Assembly: GCA_963793425.1 (NCBI GenBank)
Contig: CAWCAG010000005.1
Location: forward strand, 160,001 to 224,000
Direction of reading: 5' to 3'
DNA: 64,000 bases
Origin: an uncultured cyanobacterium
GTDB taxonomy: Bacteria > Cyanobacteriota > Cyanobacteriia > Cyanobacteriales > CAWCAG01
The notes beneath the pieces are model-generated. The model did no database searches. It was given only the letters and a program-made list of their open reading frames with translations, and was not told the origin of the DNA. The translations under genes and the position numbers were made by a program. Of this stretch, positions 21,034-31,800 are shown one piece after another. Positions within the stretch are counted from its first letter, which is position 1; every line of letters begins with the position of its first letter.

Positions 21034-21321
21034 ATGGGTACTTCATCAGAACAACAAGTTATTTTAATTACCGGAGCTTCTACAGGTATCGGTGCAGCTT
21101 TGGCACAGGAGTTAGCTCAGCAATTTCACGGAATTCACTTGGTTTTGGCAGCCCGTAGTCAAGATAAGATGCTACAAGTGGCTGCTGAGTTTGATGTTTT
21201 GAGAATGGAGTTATTGTTACCCAGGCATCTCAAGCTTTTGAACGTAGACGCTGACTTAGTATTCCCTAGAGAACAAGAGTTGTTTACAAATCATAAAAAA
21301 CTTTCTAGACAAAATAAGTGA
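21034..21321 (+). pseudogene. Truncated SDR family oxidoreductase
   Basis: VILITGASTGIGAALA...LVLAARS Rossmann start; similarity ends after about 52 aa; no NAG or YxxxK. Confidence 0.75.
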
Positions 21322-21441
21322 TTATACTGGTAAATTTTGTTTTAGATAATGGCAATATTAAGGGCAGTACAGCATCTACAAAGCATCCACAAGGGTACAG
21401 ACTTCCTTTGAGAATTTCAATGTTATCAGGAGTACATAGAC

Positions 21442-21606
21442 ATGGCTAAACTTTCTAACCAACCATTACAACCAAATCCCTTCGTTACTTATCGTGATCC
21501 CATCACAGGTAAGTGGCTGGTAGAAAAACCACAGATTGAGAAGAAAAAAGAGAAACCAATTTCCTCCGTTGCTACTTGGCCTAGGCTGGTTCAAAAGAGT
21601 GCTTGA
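21442..21606 (+). CDS. Small protein, 54 aa, below the ORF-track cutoff
   Basis: AGGAG RBS 9 nt before ATG; MAKLSNQPLQPNPFVTYRDPITGKWLVEKPQIEKKKEKPISSVATWPRLVQKSA. Confidence 0.6.
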   Translation: MAKLSNQPLQPNPFVTYRDPITGKWLVEKPQIEKKKEKPISSVATWPRLVQKSA

Positions 21607-21853
21607 AGTTTTTTGTACAGCAAAATAGTCGAACTTCAGATTCCCAGGTTGAATTTTGTTTTGGTATCTCGACAAGAAAATAGCAAATTCAACATTTCCT
21701 GGGATTTTTTCTCAAAATTATGATCTCTAACTATTAAGCTGTGAGCTAAGGCGTTGATTGAAATTAGGGGTTCAGGCTCAAAAGTGATTTGTTTAGGCGG
21801 CCATCATAGGTAATAATCTTGTTAAAGAACCTAAACAAAGGGTATTACGAAAC

Positions 21854-22732
21854 TTGATTAACCTAGCCAATTATCGAAAGAGCTTGGCAATTTTTGGCAT
21901 TAGCTCTTTATTACCTACCTTAGCAGTTCTGCCTGCTTGCAATGCAATTCAAAAACAACAGCAAGAAAATGTTCTTAATAAATTTGCAGGTAATTGGCAA
22001 GTTGTTAGCGCCCGTTTAGGAAATGAAGTAGATGAAAATCCTGGGGGAGCAATTCAATTAGAAGTTAGTGACAATAAGCTTGTTGGTGGTTTAATTGGTG
22101 GTCCTTCAGTAGAACTTAAAGCAGTTAAAGGGGGAAATCTTGAGGGCCAACTTAATATTGGTATTGCTGAACAAAATATTCAAGTTCCTGTCACAGTAGA
22201 AATTGCTGAAGACAAAAAGCTAACCATGGTTATTCTTACCAGTGAAGTAGATACCAGCAGCTTACCTGTACAATGGCATCAAGAATTTACCGAAGATGTT
22301 ATTTATGTAGCCGAAAAAACTCCTGCATCTTCAACTTCAGAATTAGAAGAGGTAAAAACCCCTGAATTAGAAGCACAAAAAAATATTGGTGTTCTTACTG
22401 AAGCTAAACAAGGCTTTTTTGTTGAGTTTGGTACTTTTACTTCTAAAATGAATAACTTAGGGTTAGATATTCCCTCAGACACTAAACATTATTCCTATAG
22501 AGTTAAAGAATTAGATAACAGCCTCGCTCAGTCTTTAGCTATTCCGAAAGAAGAAGGACTGAGAAGCTACACAGGAGGAATCTTTGCTACTCCCATTGAA
22601 GGGACAACTCGCATGACTACAACAACAATAGTTTGCCAAAGCAACCAACCCTCCCAAACTCCCCCTGATTCCCCCGCCTTAATAGAAGGAATACCTCAAT
22701 GTCCTGAAGGATTTCAATCTATTAGCGAATAA
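21854..22732 (+). CDS. Predicted lipoprotein with a C-terminal type IV pilin-like G/H domain
   Basis: Lipobox-like LPAC; C-terminal EA..NIG...AKQGFF.E.G.F...LRSYTGG...VCQS...CP with a Cys pair. Confidence 0.7.
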   Translation: MINLANYRKSLAIFGISSLLPTLAVLPACNAIQKQQQENVLNKFAGNWQVVSARLGNEVDENPGGAIQLEVSDNKLVGGLIGGPSVELKAVKGGNLEGQLNIGIAEQNIQVPVTVEIAEDKKLTMVILTSEVDTSSLPVQWHQEFTEDVIYVAEKTPASSTSELEEVKTPELEAQKNIGVLTEAKQGFFVEFGTFTSKMNNLGLDIPSDTKHYSYRVKELDNSLAQSLAIPKEEGLRSYTGGIFATPIEGTTRMTTTTIVCQSNQPSQTPPDSPALIEGIPQCPEGFQSISE

Positions 22733-22784
22733 GATTAAACATAGGTCTACTTTTTAATCTACTCCCTACTCCCTACTCAAAAGT

Positions 22785-25460
22785 ATGAGTCGTTCTCAAA
22801 AAGCATCTACCGTCAAAACTGATACAGAAATTCCCAACGCTGATTACCGTGAATTAGAACGGGAAAACTTGACCCCAATGATGCAACATTATACTCAAAC
22901 AAAAGATGAGTATGCCAACTGTTTGTTGCTTTATCGGGTAGGGGACTTTTTTGAATGCTTCTTTCAGGATGCTATTACCATTTCCCGTGAGTTGGAGTTA
23001 GTACTCACAAGTAAGGAAGCTGGCAAAGAAATTGGGCGAGTACCCATGACAGGTGTACCCCACCATGCCTTAGATCGCTACAGTACCATGTTGTTGGAAA
23101 AAGGTTATGGGGTTGTTGTTTGTGATCAAGTTGAAGATGCTGCCCAAGCTAAGGCGGAAAAGCGTATGGTACGCAGGGAAGTGCAGAGGTTGCTTACTCC
23201 TGGCACTTTATTAGATGAAGGAATGCTGAATGCCCGGCGCAACAATTTCCTTGGGGCAGTGGTAATTGCTAAAAATAACTGGGGTTTAGCTTATGCTGAT
23301 GTTTCTACTGGGGAATTTTATACAACCCAAGGGAAAAATTTAGAAGCTTTAAACTTAGAATTGCTACGCCTGCAACCATCGGAAATATTAGTTCCTACCA
23401 ATGCTCCAGATCTCAACACCTTACTACGACCAGGGGAAAAGTCAGCTTACTTACCAGAATGCCTCCCAGACTCCTTTTGCTACTCCTTACGTTCCCAAAC
23501 TCCTTTTACCCTCGCCGAAGCTAAGCAGCGACTCCTAGAACAATTTAGGGTGCGATCGCTAGAAGGAATGGGGTGTGAACATCTTCCTTTATGTATTAGA
23601 GCATCTGGGGGTTTGTTGGAGTATGTAGAAACTACGATTAGGAGCAAGAAAAGGAATCCTAGTGGGGAAGATGTTCCTTTGCAACCTCTTCGCACCTATA
23701 CTATTGAGGATTTCTTAATTCTAGATCAGCAAACCCGCCGCAACTTAGAAATTACCCAAACGGTTCGGGATTGTACTTTTCATGGTTCCCTCCTTTGGGC
23801 CTTAGATCGTTGCAACACGGCAATGGGAGGGAGGGCATTGCGCCGTTGGTTATTGCAACCGCTGCTGGATCTCCAAGGCATTAAAGCTAGGCAGGATACA
23901 ATCCAGGAGTTGAGGGAAAATAGCAGTCTGCGTCAAGATTTGCGCCAACTCCTACGACAAATTTATGATTTAGAAAGATTGACGGGAAAAGCGGGTTCAG
24001 GAACTGCCAATGCTAGAGATTTGGTATCTTTGGCAGATTCTCTTTTGAAGTTAACGGATTTGGCAGAACTAGCTTCTAGTGGTTCTTCTGCCTATCTTAA
24101 AGCAATACAAAAAGTTCCGCCAGAGTTAGAAAAGTTAGGTAGATACATTGCAGCTAGTTTGGTTGATTCTCCTCCTCAACACCTCAAGGAAGGAGGGGTG
24201 ATTCGGCCAGGAGTTAATCCTCAATTAGATGAAATGCGGGCTTCTTTGGAAGAAGATCGTACTTGGATTGCTAACCTCGAAGTGACACAACAGCAACGTA
24301 CTGGCGTATCTAATTTAAAAGTGGGTTATAACAAAACCTTTGGTTATTACATTAGTATGCCCCGCAGTAAGTCAGCCCAAGCCCCTAAAGATTTTACTCG
24401 CAAACAAACTCTTACTAATGAAGAACGCTACATTACTCCGGAGTTGAAAGAAAGGGAAACTAGAATCCTCACGGCTAAAGATGATCTTAATCGTTTGGAA
24501 TATGAGATTTTTGTGGCTTTGCGGGGGGAAGTTGCCCTACTCGCCAGAGAAATTCGGACTACCGCTAAAGCTGTTGCGGCCATTGATGTCCTTTGTGGTT
24601 TAGCAGAAGTGGCAGTTTATCAAGGTTACTGCCGCCCCCAAATGGAGTCGGGACGAGAAATTGCTATCTCCGCAGGGAGACATCCAGTGGTAGAACAAAG
24701 TCTTCCTCCAGGTTTCTTTGTTCCCAATTCTACTCAAATGGGTTATGTCCAAGAGGAAAAAAAGCACCAAAATGACCCGGATTTAATTATTCTCACCGGA
24801 CCTAATGCTAGTGGCAAAAGCTGTTATTTACGCCAAGTCGGGCTGATTCAACTTATGGCCCAAATTGGTAGCTTTGTCCCAGCTAGACAGGCAAAATTAG
24901 CTGTATGTGATCGCATTTTTACTCGCGTTGGTGCGGTGGACGATTTAGCCACAGGGCAATCTACTTTTATGGTAGAAATGAATGAAACTGCTAATATTCT
25001 TAATCATGCCACAGCAAAATCTTTAGTTTTGTTAGATGAAATAGGCCGGGGGACAGCAACCTTTGATGGACTTTCCATTGCTTGGGCAGTAGCTGAATAT
25101 TTAGCCACAGAAATTCGTTCTCGCACTATTTTTGCCACCCATTACCATGAACTTAATGAGTTAGCTTCAATTCTTGCCAACGTTGCTAACTATCAGGTTA
25201 CAGTTAAGGAACTTCCCGACAAAATCATTTTCTTACATCAAGTACGTCCCGGAGGTGCAGATCGCTCCTATGGTATAGAAGCAGGACGTTTAGCCGGGTT
25301 GCCCAATTCTGTAATTCAACGGGCTAAACAAGTGATGGGACAAATTGAGAAACATAGTAAAATTGCCCTAGGTTTGAGGAAAGGAATTAAACAGAGACAG
25401 CCAGTTTCTAGTCAGTCATCTAATGATCAGTTAGTGGATCAGTTAGATATTTTTGAGTAA
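22785..25460 (+). CDS. mutS: DNA mismatch repair protein MutS
   Basis: [45 protein letters not shown]. Confidence 0.99.
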   Translation: MSRSQKASTVKTDTEIPNADYRELERENLTPMMQHYTQTKDEYANCLLLYRVGDFFECFFQDAITISRELELVLTSKEAGKEIGRVPMTGVPHHALDRYSTMLLEKGYGVVVCDQVEDAAQAKAEKRMVRREVQRLLTPGTLLDEGMLNARRNNFLGAVVIAKNNWGLAYADVSTGEFYTTQGKNLEALNLELLRLQPSEILVPTNAPDLNTLLRPGEKSAYLPECLPDSFCYSLRSQTPFTLAEAKQRLLEQFRVRSLEGMGCEHLPLCIRASGGLLEYVETTIRSKKRNPSGEDVPLQPLRTYTIEDFLILDQQTRRNLEITQTVRDCTFHGSLLWALDRCNTAMGGRALRRWLLQPLLDLQGIKARQDTIQELRENSSLRQDLRQLLRQIYDLERLTGKAGSGTANARDLVSLADSLLKLTDLAELASSGSSAYLKAIQKVPPELEKLGRYIAASLVDSPPQHLKEGGVIRPGVNPQLDEMRASLEEDRTWIANLEVTQQQRTGVSNLKVGYNKTFGYYISMPRSKSAQAPKDFTRKQTLTNEERYITPELKERETRILTAKDDLNRLEYEIFVALRGEVALLAREIRTTAKAVAAIDVLCGLAEVAVYQGYCRPQMESGREIAISAGRHPVVEQSLPPGFFVPNSTQMGYVQEEKKHQNDPDLIILTGPNASGKSCYLRQVGLIQLMAQIGSFVPARQAKLAVCDRIFTRVGAVDDLATGQSTFMVEMNETANILNHATAKSLVLLDEIGRGTATFDGLSIAWAVAEYLATEIRSRTIFATHYHELNELASILANVANYQVTVKELPDKIIFLHQVRPGGADRSYGIEAGRLAGLPNSVIQRAKQVMGQIEKHSKIALGLRKGIKQRQPVSSQSSNDQLVDQLDIFE

Positions 25461-25598
25461 GAACAGTTTTGTTTTTAACAGTTGATTGCAGCTTTATGTG
25501 CTAGCTATAGGTAGATACTATACCAATTATCTTGTTTGAATAGAGAGCTTGTATATTTCCAATTTTAGAAAAGCTGACCTGTTCCCGAATAAAACCCT

Positions 25599-26330
25599 AT
25601 GTATAATCTGCAAAAGTTTACTCTCCAAGAAATGACTCAATGTGGTATGCACCTCCGTGAGTTAAATTCCCAAAGTAGCAGTATGGAGAAAGTAGCTAAT
25701 CGAGTGGTCGATTATTTTTATGAAAACTTTATTAATGAAGAAACAAATGAAAAAGCTTTTGCTCTGGTACGCTTTTTCAAAACCCATGCCTATGAACATT
25801 TGGAACCAAAGCTGCAAGAATACGCTCAAATAATGTTAGGTGATCAACTATTATCACCTCAAACAAAATGTCTAACTTTATTAGCCACAAAAGGAAATCT
25901 TCCTGAGTGGAACTCCAGACATAAATCCATAGGGCATCAAGCTATTCCTTTAGCTAGCGAACAGTTAGTCACCCAAGCCCCAATGATTTCTCAACTATTA
26001 AGACAATTTGGTTTGAAAACTGCTACACTTCTTAACCCAGATCCACAATTGTTGGTAGACCTAGAGCAAAAAACCTATAATGTTTTCTATATACCTCAAG
26101 CTTTAGGTAGTAAATACATACCTGCTCAAGAAAAATTTGTCATTCCGTATCAAATTCAATCGGTGCTAGGGTTTGGTGGTATGTTACCTGATGGCAATCT
26201 ATTTGCCGTTATTCTCTTTTCTCAGGTGCAAATTCCCCAGGATACAGCTACCCTTTTCAAAGTCTTAGCTCTCAGTGTTAAAATGGCGATTCTACCTTTT
26301 ACTGAAGATACTGTCTTTACGAAGATTTAA
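25599..26330 (+). CDS. Hypothetical protein upstream of a histidine kinase (possibly GAF-like)
   Basis: 243-aa ORF; LVRFFKTH, SIGHQAIPL, SVLGFGGMLP.G.LFAVILFS. Confidence 0.8.
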   Translation: MYNLQKFTLQEMTQCGMHLRELNSQSSSMEKVANRVVDYFYENFINEETNEKAFALVRFFKTHAYEHLEPKLQEYAQIMLGDQLLSPQTKCLTLLATKGNLPEWNSRHKSIGHQAIPLASEQLVTQAPMISQLLRQFGLKTATLLNPDPQLLVDLEQKTYNVFYIPQALGSKYIPAQEKFVIPYQIQSVLGFGGMLPDGNLFAVILFSQVQIPQDTATLFKVLALSVKMAILPFTEDTVFTKI

Positions 26331-26372
26331 CCTAATTAGAGTTCAATAAACCTATAGCCATCCTTAAGCATT

Positions 26373-27860
26373 ATGAAAATTGAGGAAGTTGAGCAACTTA
26401 GGTATCAGGTGGCGGCCTTAGAAGAGTTGCTAGCAGCCTATGAATTTACCACAACAGAAAAATCTAATAAGTTGGAGCAAGCTTTAGAAAATCTGCGAGA
26501 TAGGGCCCAACAATTAGAACACGCCCAAGAAACCCTGCATATTCTCCAATCTATACTTGATAGTATGGGAGATGGGGTGGCTGTGGTTAATGAAGAAGGG
26601 AAGTTTATCTTTTTCAACCCGGCCGCAGAAAAGATTCTCGGTGTTAGTCACACTAATGCTTCTTTGAGAGATTGGGTTCAAAGAAGTAATTTTTATTTGC
26701 CAGATCAGATCACCGTTTACCCGGAAGCAGAATATCCTTGGCAGCTAGCTGCACTTGGTGAGTCTGTTGATACAGCAGAGATGTTTTTGTGCAGTACAGC
26801 AGAACCAGAAGGAATTTGGCTTAGTGTTAACGCTAGACCTCTTAAAAGCGGAGATGGCAATTATAAAGGGGGGGTAGTGGTCTTTCGAGATATTAGCACC
26901 AGAAAGCTGATTGAGGAATCTTTACGCTCCTCTAGCGCTTGTTTTCAAGAGCAAGCAGAACAACTAGAACATACCCTACAAAAGCTTCGTAAAACCCAAG
27001 CACAATTGATTCAGACAGAAAAAATGTCCGGTTTGGGGCAAATGGTCGCAGGAGTAGCCCATGAAATTAATAACCCCATTAATTTTATTTATGGCAACTT
27101 AGTTCATTTGGGGCATTATAGCCAAGATTTGCTTAACTTACTTGGGTTATATGAAAAACATTGTCCTCCTTGTCTAGAAATTCAAAAAGCATCAGAAGAT
27201 ATAGAAATAGACTATTTAAAAGAAGATATTCCTAAAATTCTTTCCTCAATGGCTATTGGGACTGAACGTATCCAGCAAATTGTTGTTTCTTTGCAAAACT
27301 TTTCTCGGTTAGATAGTCCTAGTTTACAGGCGGTTGACCTCCACGAAGGACTAGATAATAGCCTCATGATTTTACAGAATCGCTTGAAAGAAAGGTCTGA
27401 TCAAGCAGCTATTGAAGTAATTAAAGACTATGAAGATTTGCCTTTGGTTGAGTGTTATGCAGGGCAAATTAACCAAGTATTTATGAATATTTTAAGCAAT
27501 GCTATTGATGCTTTAGAGGAAAAAGAAAATCAGCAATTAGTTAATAATAGTTTGGTTGGCTCGAAAATAATTACTATTCGTACCGAGAAAGTTGGGGAGA
27601 ATCAAGTCGCTATTTATATTGCTGATAATGCGTTGGGGATGTCAGAAAAAGTTAGACAACATATTTTTGATCCTTTTTTTACTACTAAAGAAGTGGGTAA
27701 AGGGACAGGGTTAGGAATGTCTATTAGCTATCAAATAATCGTTGATAATCACAAAGGTAAGCTTGTGTGTGAATCAGAGTTAGGCAAAGGAACAAAATTC
27801 ACGATTGAATTAGCAATTCGCCATCACAAGCTGGGGTATAGGTTAGCAAAAAATAGTTAG
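26373..27860 (+). CDS. PAS-domain sensor histidine kinase
   Basis: PAS (FFNPAAEKILG...VVVFRDIS), AHEINNP H-box, NQVFMN, DPFFTTK, GTGLG. Confidence 0.95.
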   Translation: MKIEEVEQLRYQVAALEELLAAYEFTTTEKSNKLEQALENLRDRAQQLEHAQETLHILQSILDSMGDGVAVVNEEGKFIFFNPAAEKILGVSHTNASLRDWVQRSNFYLPDQITVYPEAEYPWQLAALGESVDTAEMFLCSTAEPEGIWLSVNARPLKSGDGNYKGGVVVFRDISTRKLIEESLRSSSACFQEQAEQLEHTLQKLRKTQAQLIQTEKMSGLGQMVAGVAHEINNPINFIYGNLVHLGHYSQDLLNLLGLYEKHCPPCLEIQKASEDIEIDYLKEDIPKILSSMAIGTERIQQIVVSLQNFSRLDSPSLQAVDLHEGLDNSLMILQNRLKERSDQAAIEVIKDYEDLPLVECYAGQINQVFMNILSNAIDALEEKENQQLVNNSLVGSKIITIRTEKVGENQVAIYIADNALGMSEKVRQHIFDPFFTTKEVGKGTGLGMSISYQIIVDNHKGKLVCESELGKGTKFTIELAIRHHKLGYRLAKNS

Positions 27861-27871
27861 GAAGCAAGAGA

Positions 27872-28648
27872 ATGGCCCAGGTCTATAAAGTTAATAAGCT
27901 GAGGGTGCAGCAATACAATTCAGCGAAAGAATTAGCTAAGGATGCAGCAGACAATGTTAGGGATTATTTACAGCTTCTTTTAGAAGAAAAAGAGCAAGCT
28001 AATGTGGTTTTAGCAACAGGAAAATCTCAGCTTGAATTCTTAGACAACTTACTTACTTTGGGAGGATTAAATTGGTCGAAAATTACGTGTTTCCACTTAG
28101 ATGAATATTTAGGTATCTCTGCTAATCATCAAGCTAGTTTTCGTCATTATCTTCAGGAAAAGGTAGAAAAAAAAGTTCATCCCAGAAGTTTTTATTATTT
28201 AGTAGGAGATGCCCTTGAACCTTTAAAAGAATGCGAACGTTATAGTAAGTTACTACAAGACCAAGGGATTGATCTTTGCTGTCTTGGGATTGGAGAAAAC
28301 GGTCATTTAGCTTTTAATGACCCTTCTGTAGCTAACTTTAACGATCCCTACTGGGTTAAATTAGTTAAATTAGACCAGCTTAATCGTCAGCAACAAGTAA
28401 ATCAGGGTCATTTTGCTACTCTTGAGGCTGTACCTAATTATGCTCTTACTTTGACCATTACAGCTATTTGTACTGCTGCAAAAATAATTTGTCTTGCTCC
28501 GGAATTACGTAAAGCTGCGGTAGTAAAAAAGATGTTATTAGGAGATATTAGTATTGATTGTCCCGCTTCAATTCTCCGCAGACAAGCAAACGCAACTTTA
28601 TTTCTTGATGGAAATTCTGCTAGTCTGCTACCAGAGAAAATATTTTAG
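27872..28648 (+). CDS. nagB: Glucosamine-6-phosphate deaminase family protein
   Basis: LATGKS, FHLDEY, LGIGENGHLAFND, CPASIL. Confidence 0.85.
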   Translation: MAQVYKVNKLRVQQYNSAKELAKDAADNVRDYLQLLLEEKEQANVVLATGKSQLEFLDNLLTLGGLNWSKITCFHLDEYLGISANHQASFRHYLQEKVEKKVHPRSFYYLVGDALEPLKECERYSKLLQDQGIDLCCLGIGENGHLAFNDPSVANFNDPYWVKLVKLDQLNRQQQVNQGHFATLEAVPNYALTLTITAICTAAKIICLAPELRKAAVVKKMLLGDISIDCPASILRRQANATLFLDGNSASLLPEKIF

Positions 28649-28731
28649 TCATCAGCGTATCAGAAAAGACTAATAGTTGTACATCAAAATTACTCTATGA
28701 AATTACAATTGAGTACAAAATCTCAGTCAAA

Positions 28732-28740
28732 GGGAATACT
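28732..28740 (+). promoter_or_regulatory. Candidate SigJ/SigF-type -10 element (J-box)
   Basis: Exact GGGAATACT 90 bp upstream of the kinase gene. Confidence 0.5.
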
Positions 28741-28830
28741 ATAATAATAGACTAGTTTGCTTTTGCTAAGTGGCAATTCAAGAAGAAAAATTATTCTTAA
28801 TTTAAGTATCAGAACAACTTTTAGTCAATT

Positions 28831-31800
28831 ATGATAGCAATTCCTGGCTACGAAATTAATTCCCTTCTAGAAGAAGGAACTAGTACCATCATTTATCGAG
28901 GTACAAAGATTTCTACAGCTAGACCGATCATTATTAAAGTTCTTAAAAAAGAATATCCCTCTTTAGAAGAAATTACAAGTCTCAAGTATGAATATGAAAT
29001 TCATCAAAGTCTTCCTATTACAGGAGTTGTTCAAGCTTTAAGTTTAGAACCATATCAAAATAGCTTTGCACTGATATTAGAAGATTTTTCTGGTCAAGAT
29101 ATTGAGGACTTTTTGCAACAGAAGCAAATTAATATTCAAGAGTTTCTCAAGTTAGCTATTCAAATAGTCGGAATAATTGGTGAAATACATCAATATCAAG
29201 TTATTCATAAAGATATAAAACCCGCAAATATTATTATTAACTCTCGCACGGGAGAACTGAAAATAACTGATTTCGGCATTGCCTCGCGTTTGGCAAGAGA
29301 AAATCCAACTGTTAATAATTTTAATCTTATTGAGGGAACTCTTGCCTATATGTCTCCTGAACAAACAGGCAGGATGAACCGAGTACTTGATTATCGTAGC
29401 GATTATTATTCTTTAGGAGTGACTTTTTATGAAATATTAATAGGACAATTGCCTTTCACTACCAATGATCCTTTAGAACTTGTTCACTGTCATATTGCTA
29501 AACAACCACTCCCCCCAACAAGAATGAATCCAGAAATTCCTCAAGGAATTTCTGATATTGTCATGAAACTGCTAGCTAAAACTGCTGAAGCTAGATATCA
29601 AAGTGCTTTAGGACTAAAATATGATTTAGAATATTGTCTTTCTCAATTAGAAACCACTGGTTATATTCCTGTTTTCAATGTTGGAGTAAGGGATTTATCA
29701 GGGCAACTATTAATACCTCAAAAACTTTATGGGAGAGAAGAGGAGATCATTAGCTTAGTTGAATCTTTTAGGCGAGTGAGTCAAGGGGCTACGGAAATGA
29801 CAGTAGTTTCGGGTTATTCAGGAATTGGTAAAACTTCAGTTGTTAATGAAATTCACAAGCCTGTTTTAGCTCACAAAGGCTATTTTTTTAGCGGTAAATT
29901 TGAAAAATTTAAAGGAGATATTCCTTATACTGCTTTAATACAAGCATTTTCTAAATTAATACAGCAGCTTTTGACTGAAGGTGCAGAAAGAATAGCAATT
30001 TGGAAACAAAAGCTGCTTAATGCTTTGGGGAACAATAGCCAAGTTATTATAGAAGTTATTCCTGAAGTTCAACTGGTGTTAGGAGAACAGCCAAAATTAG
30101 CTGAACTACCTCCCAGTGAAGAAAAAAATCGCTTCAATCGTGTCTTCAAAGAGTTTATTCATGTATTTACTAAAGCTGAACATCCTTTAGTGTTGTTTCT
30201 AGATGATCTTCAATGGGCTGATTTAGCCTCTCTTAAATTAATTAAGTTGCTGATGAAGGATGCTCAAAGTCAGTATTTATTATTAATAGGTGCTTATCGG
30301 AGTAATGAGGTTAGCCCTATTCATCCTTTGATGACAACCTTAGAAGAAATCAGCGATGAAAATACTGTTATTAACAAAATAGACTTAGAACCTTTATCTT
30401 TAAAAGATGTTAGAGAATTATTACAGGATACCCTTCAAGAATCGAAAAATAGCCAGTCTCTAGGGCAACTATTGTACAACCGTACAGGGGGAAATCCATT
30501 TTTCTTAAATCAAATTATACAAACTTTAGAGAAAGAAAAATTATTAACCTTTGATTTTGCCAAAGGAAGTTGGCATTGGAATCTAGAGGAAATTCAAAAA
30601 ATTGGTATTACTAACCAAAATGTAGTAGAATTAGTAGCTAGTAATCTTAAAAAGTTGCCAAAAGCAACTCAAGAAGCCCTTAAGCTAGCTGCTTGTATTG
30701 GTAATCAGTTTAGTCTAGAAGTACTCTCAATTGTAAACGGTACATCTTTTCAAGATATAGCAGCTAATTTATGGGAAGCAGTACAAGCTGGGGTAGTATC
30801 TCCCCTAGACGAGCGTTATAAGATACTACTATCTTTGCAGAAAAAAGATAATATATCAAAAAAAGAAATCAATGATTTTCATATTGAATATAAGTTTATA
30901 CATGACCGCATCCAACAAGCAGCATATTCTCTTATTTCTTTAGAAGACAAACAGAATTTACATCAAACCATCGGGAAAATTCTACTAGAAAATACGCCGC
31001 AAGAAGAATTAGAAAAAAATATTTTTGATATTGTCAACCAGTTAAATATAAATGCTTACCTAGTTAGAGATTTAGACAAAAGATATGAGTTGGCAAACCT
31101 TAATCTTATAGCTGGTAGAAAAGCTAAAACGGCTAATGCCTATGAACCTGCTATGAGTTATTTTCAAGTGGGTATTAATTTGTTGGCAGCAGATAGTTGG
31201 ACAACTCACTATCAATTGACTCTCGATATTTATACAGAAACTACAGAAGTTAGTTATTTAATTGGTGATTTTGAGCAATCTAAACAATTAGCAAACTCTA
31301 CTATAGCTAAAGCCAAAAGTATTTTAGAACAAGTTAAAGTCTATGATATCAAGATTCAAGCTTATATAGCTCAAAATCTTCTTTCCCAAGCCTTTACAAT
31401 TGGTGTAGAAGTAGTTGGGAAACTGGGAGTTAATTTACCTGAGAATCCTAGTAATTTTGACATTTTTGTTAGCTTAACAAAAACCAAATTTTTGCTTCTT
31501 AACAAAAAAATTGACAAGTTAGTTGATTTACCAGAAATGACAGATGCCAAAAAGTTAGCAGCAATGAGCATCTTAAATACTATTACTCCAGCTACCGCAC
31601 AGGCAAATTCTTTTTATTTTCCTCTGATTATTTCTACCATAATTCAGTTATCAGTGAAGTACGGCAACTCTGCTGGTTCAGCCTTTGGGGGATATGTTGG
31701 TTATGGCTCTATGCTCTGTTCTAATTTAATTGGAGATATTGAAACAGGTTATATTTTTGGTTGTTTAGGATTAAAAATTTTAGATAAGTACAATGCAACC

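Noticed and set aside
21466..21675. 69-aa minus-strand ORF
   Set aside because: Shadow of the plus-strand 54-aa ORF, which has the RBS and more protein-like sequence
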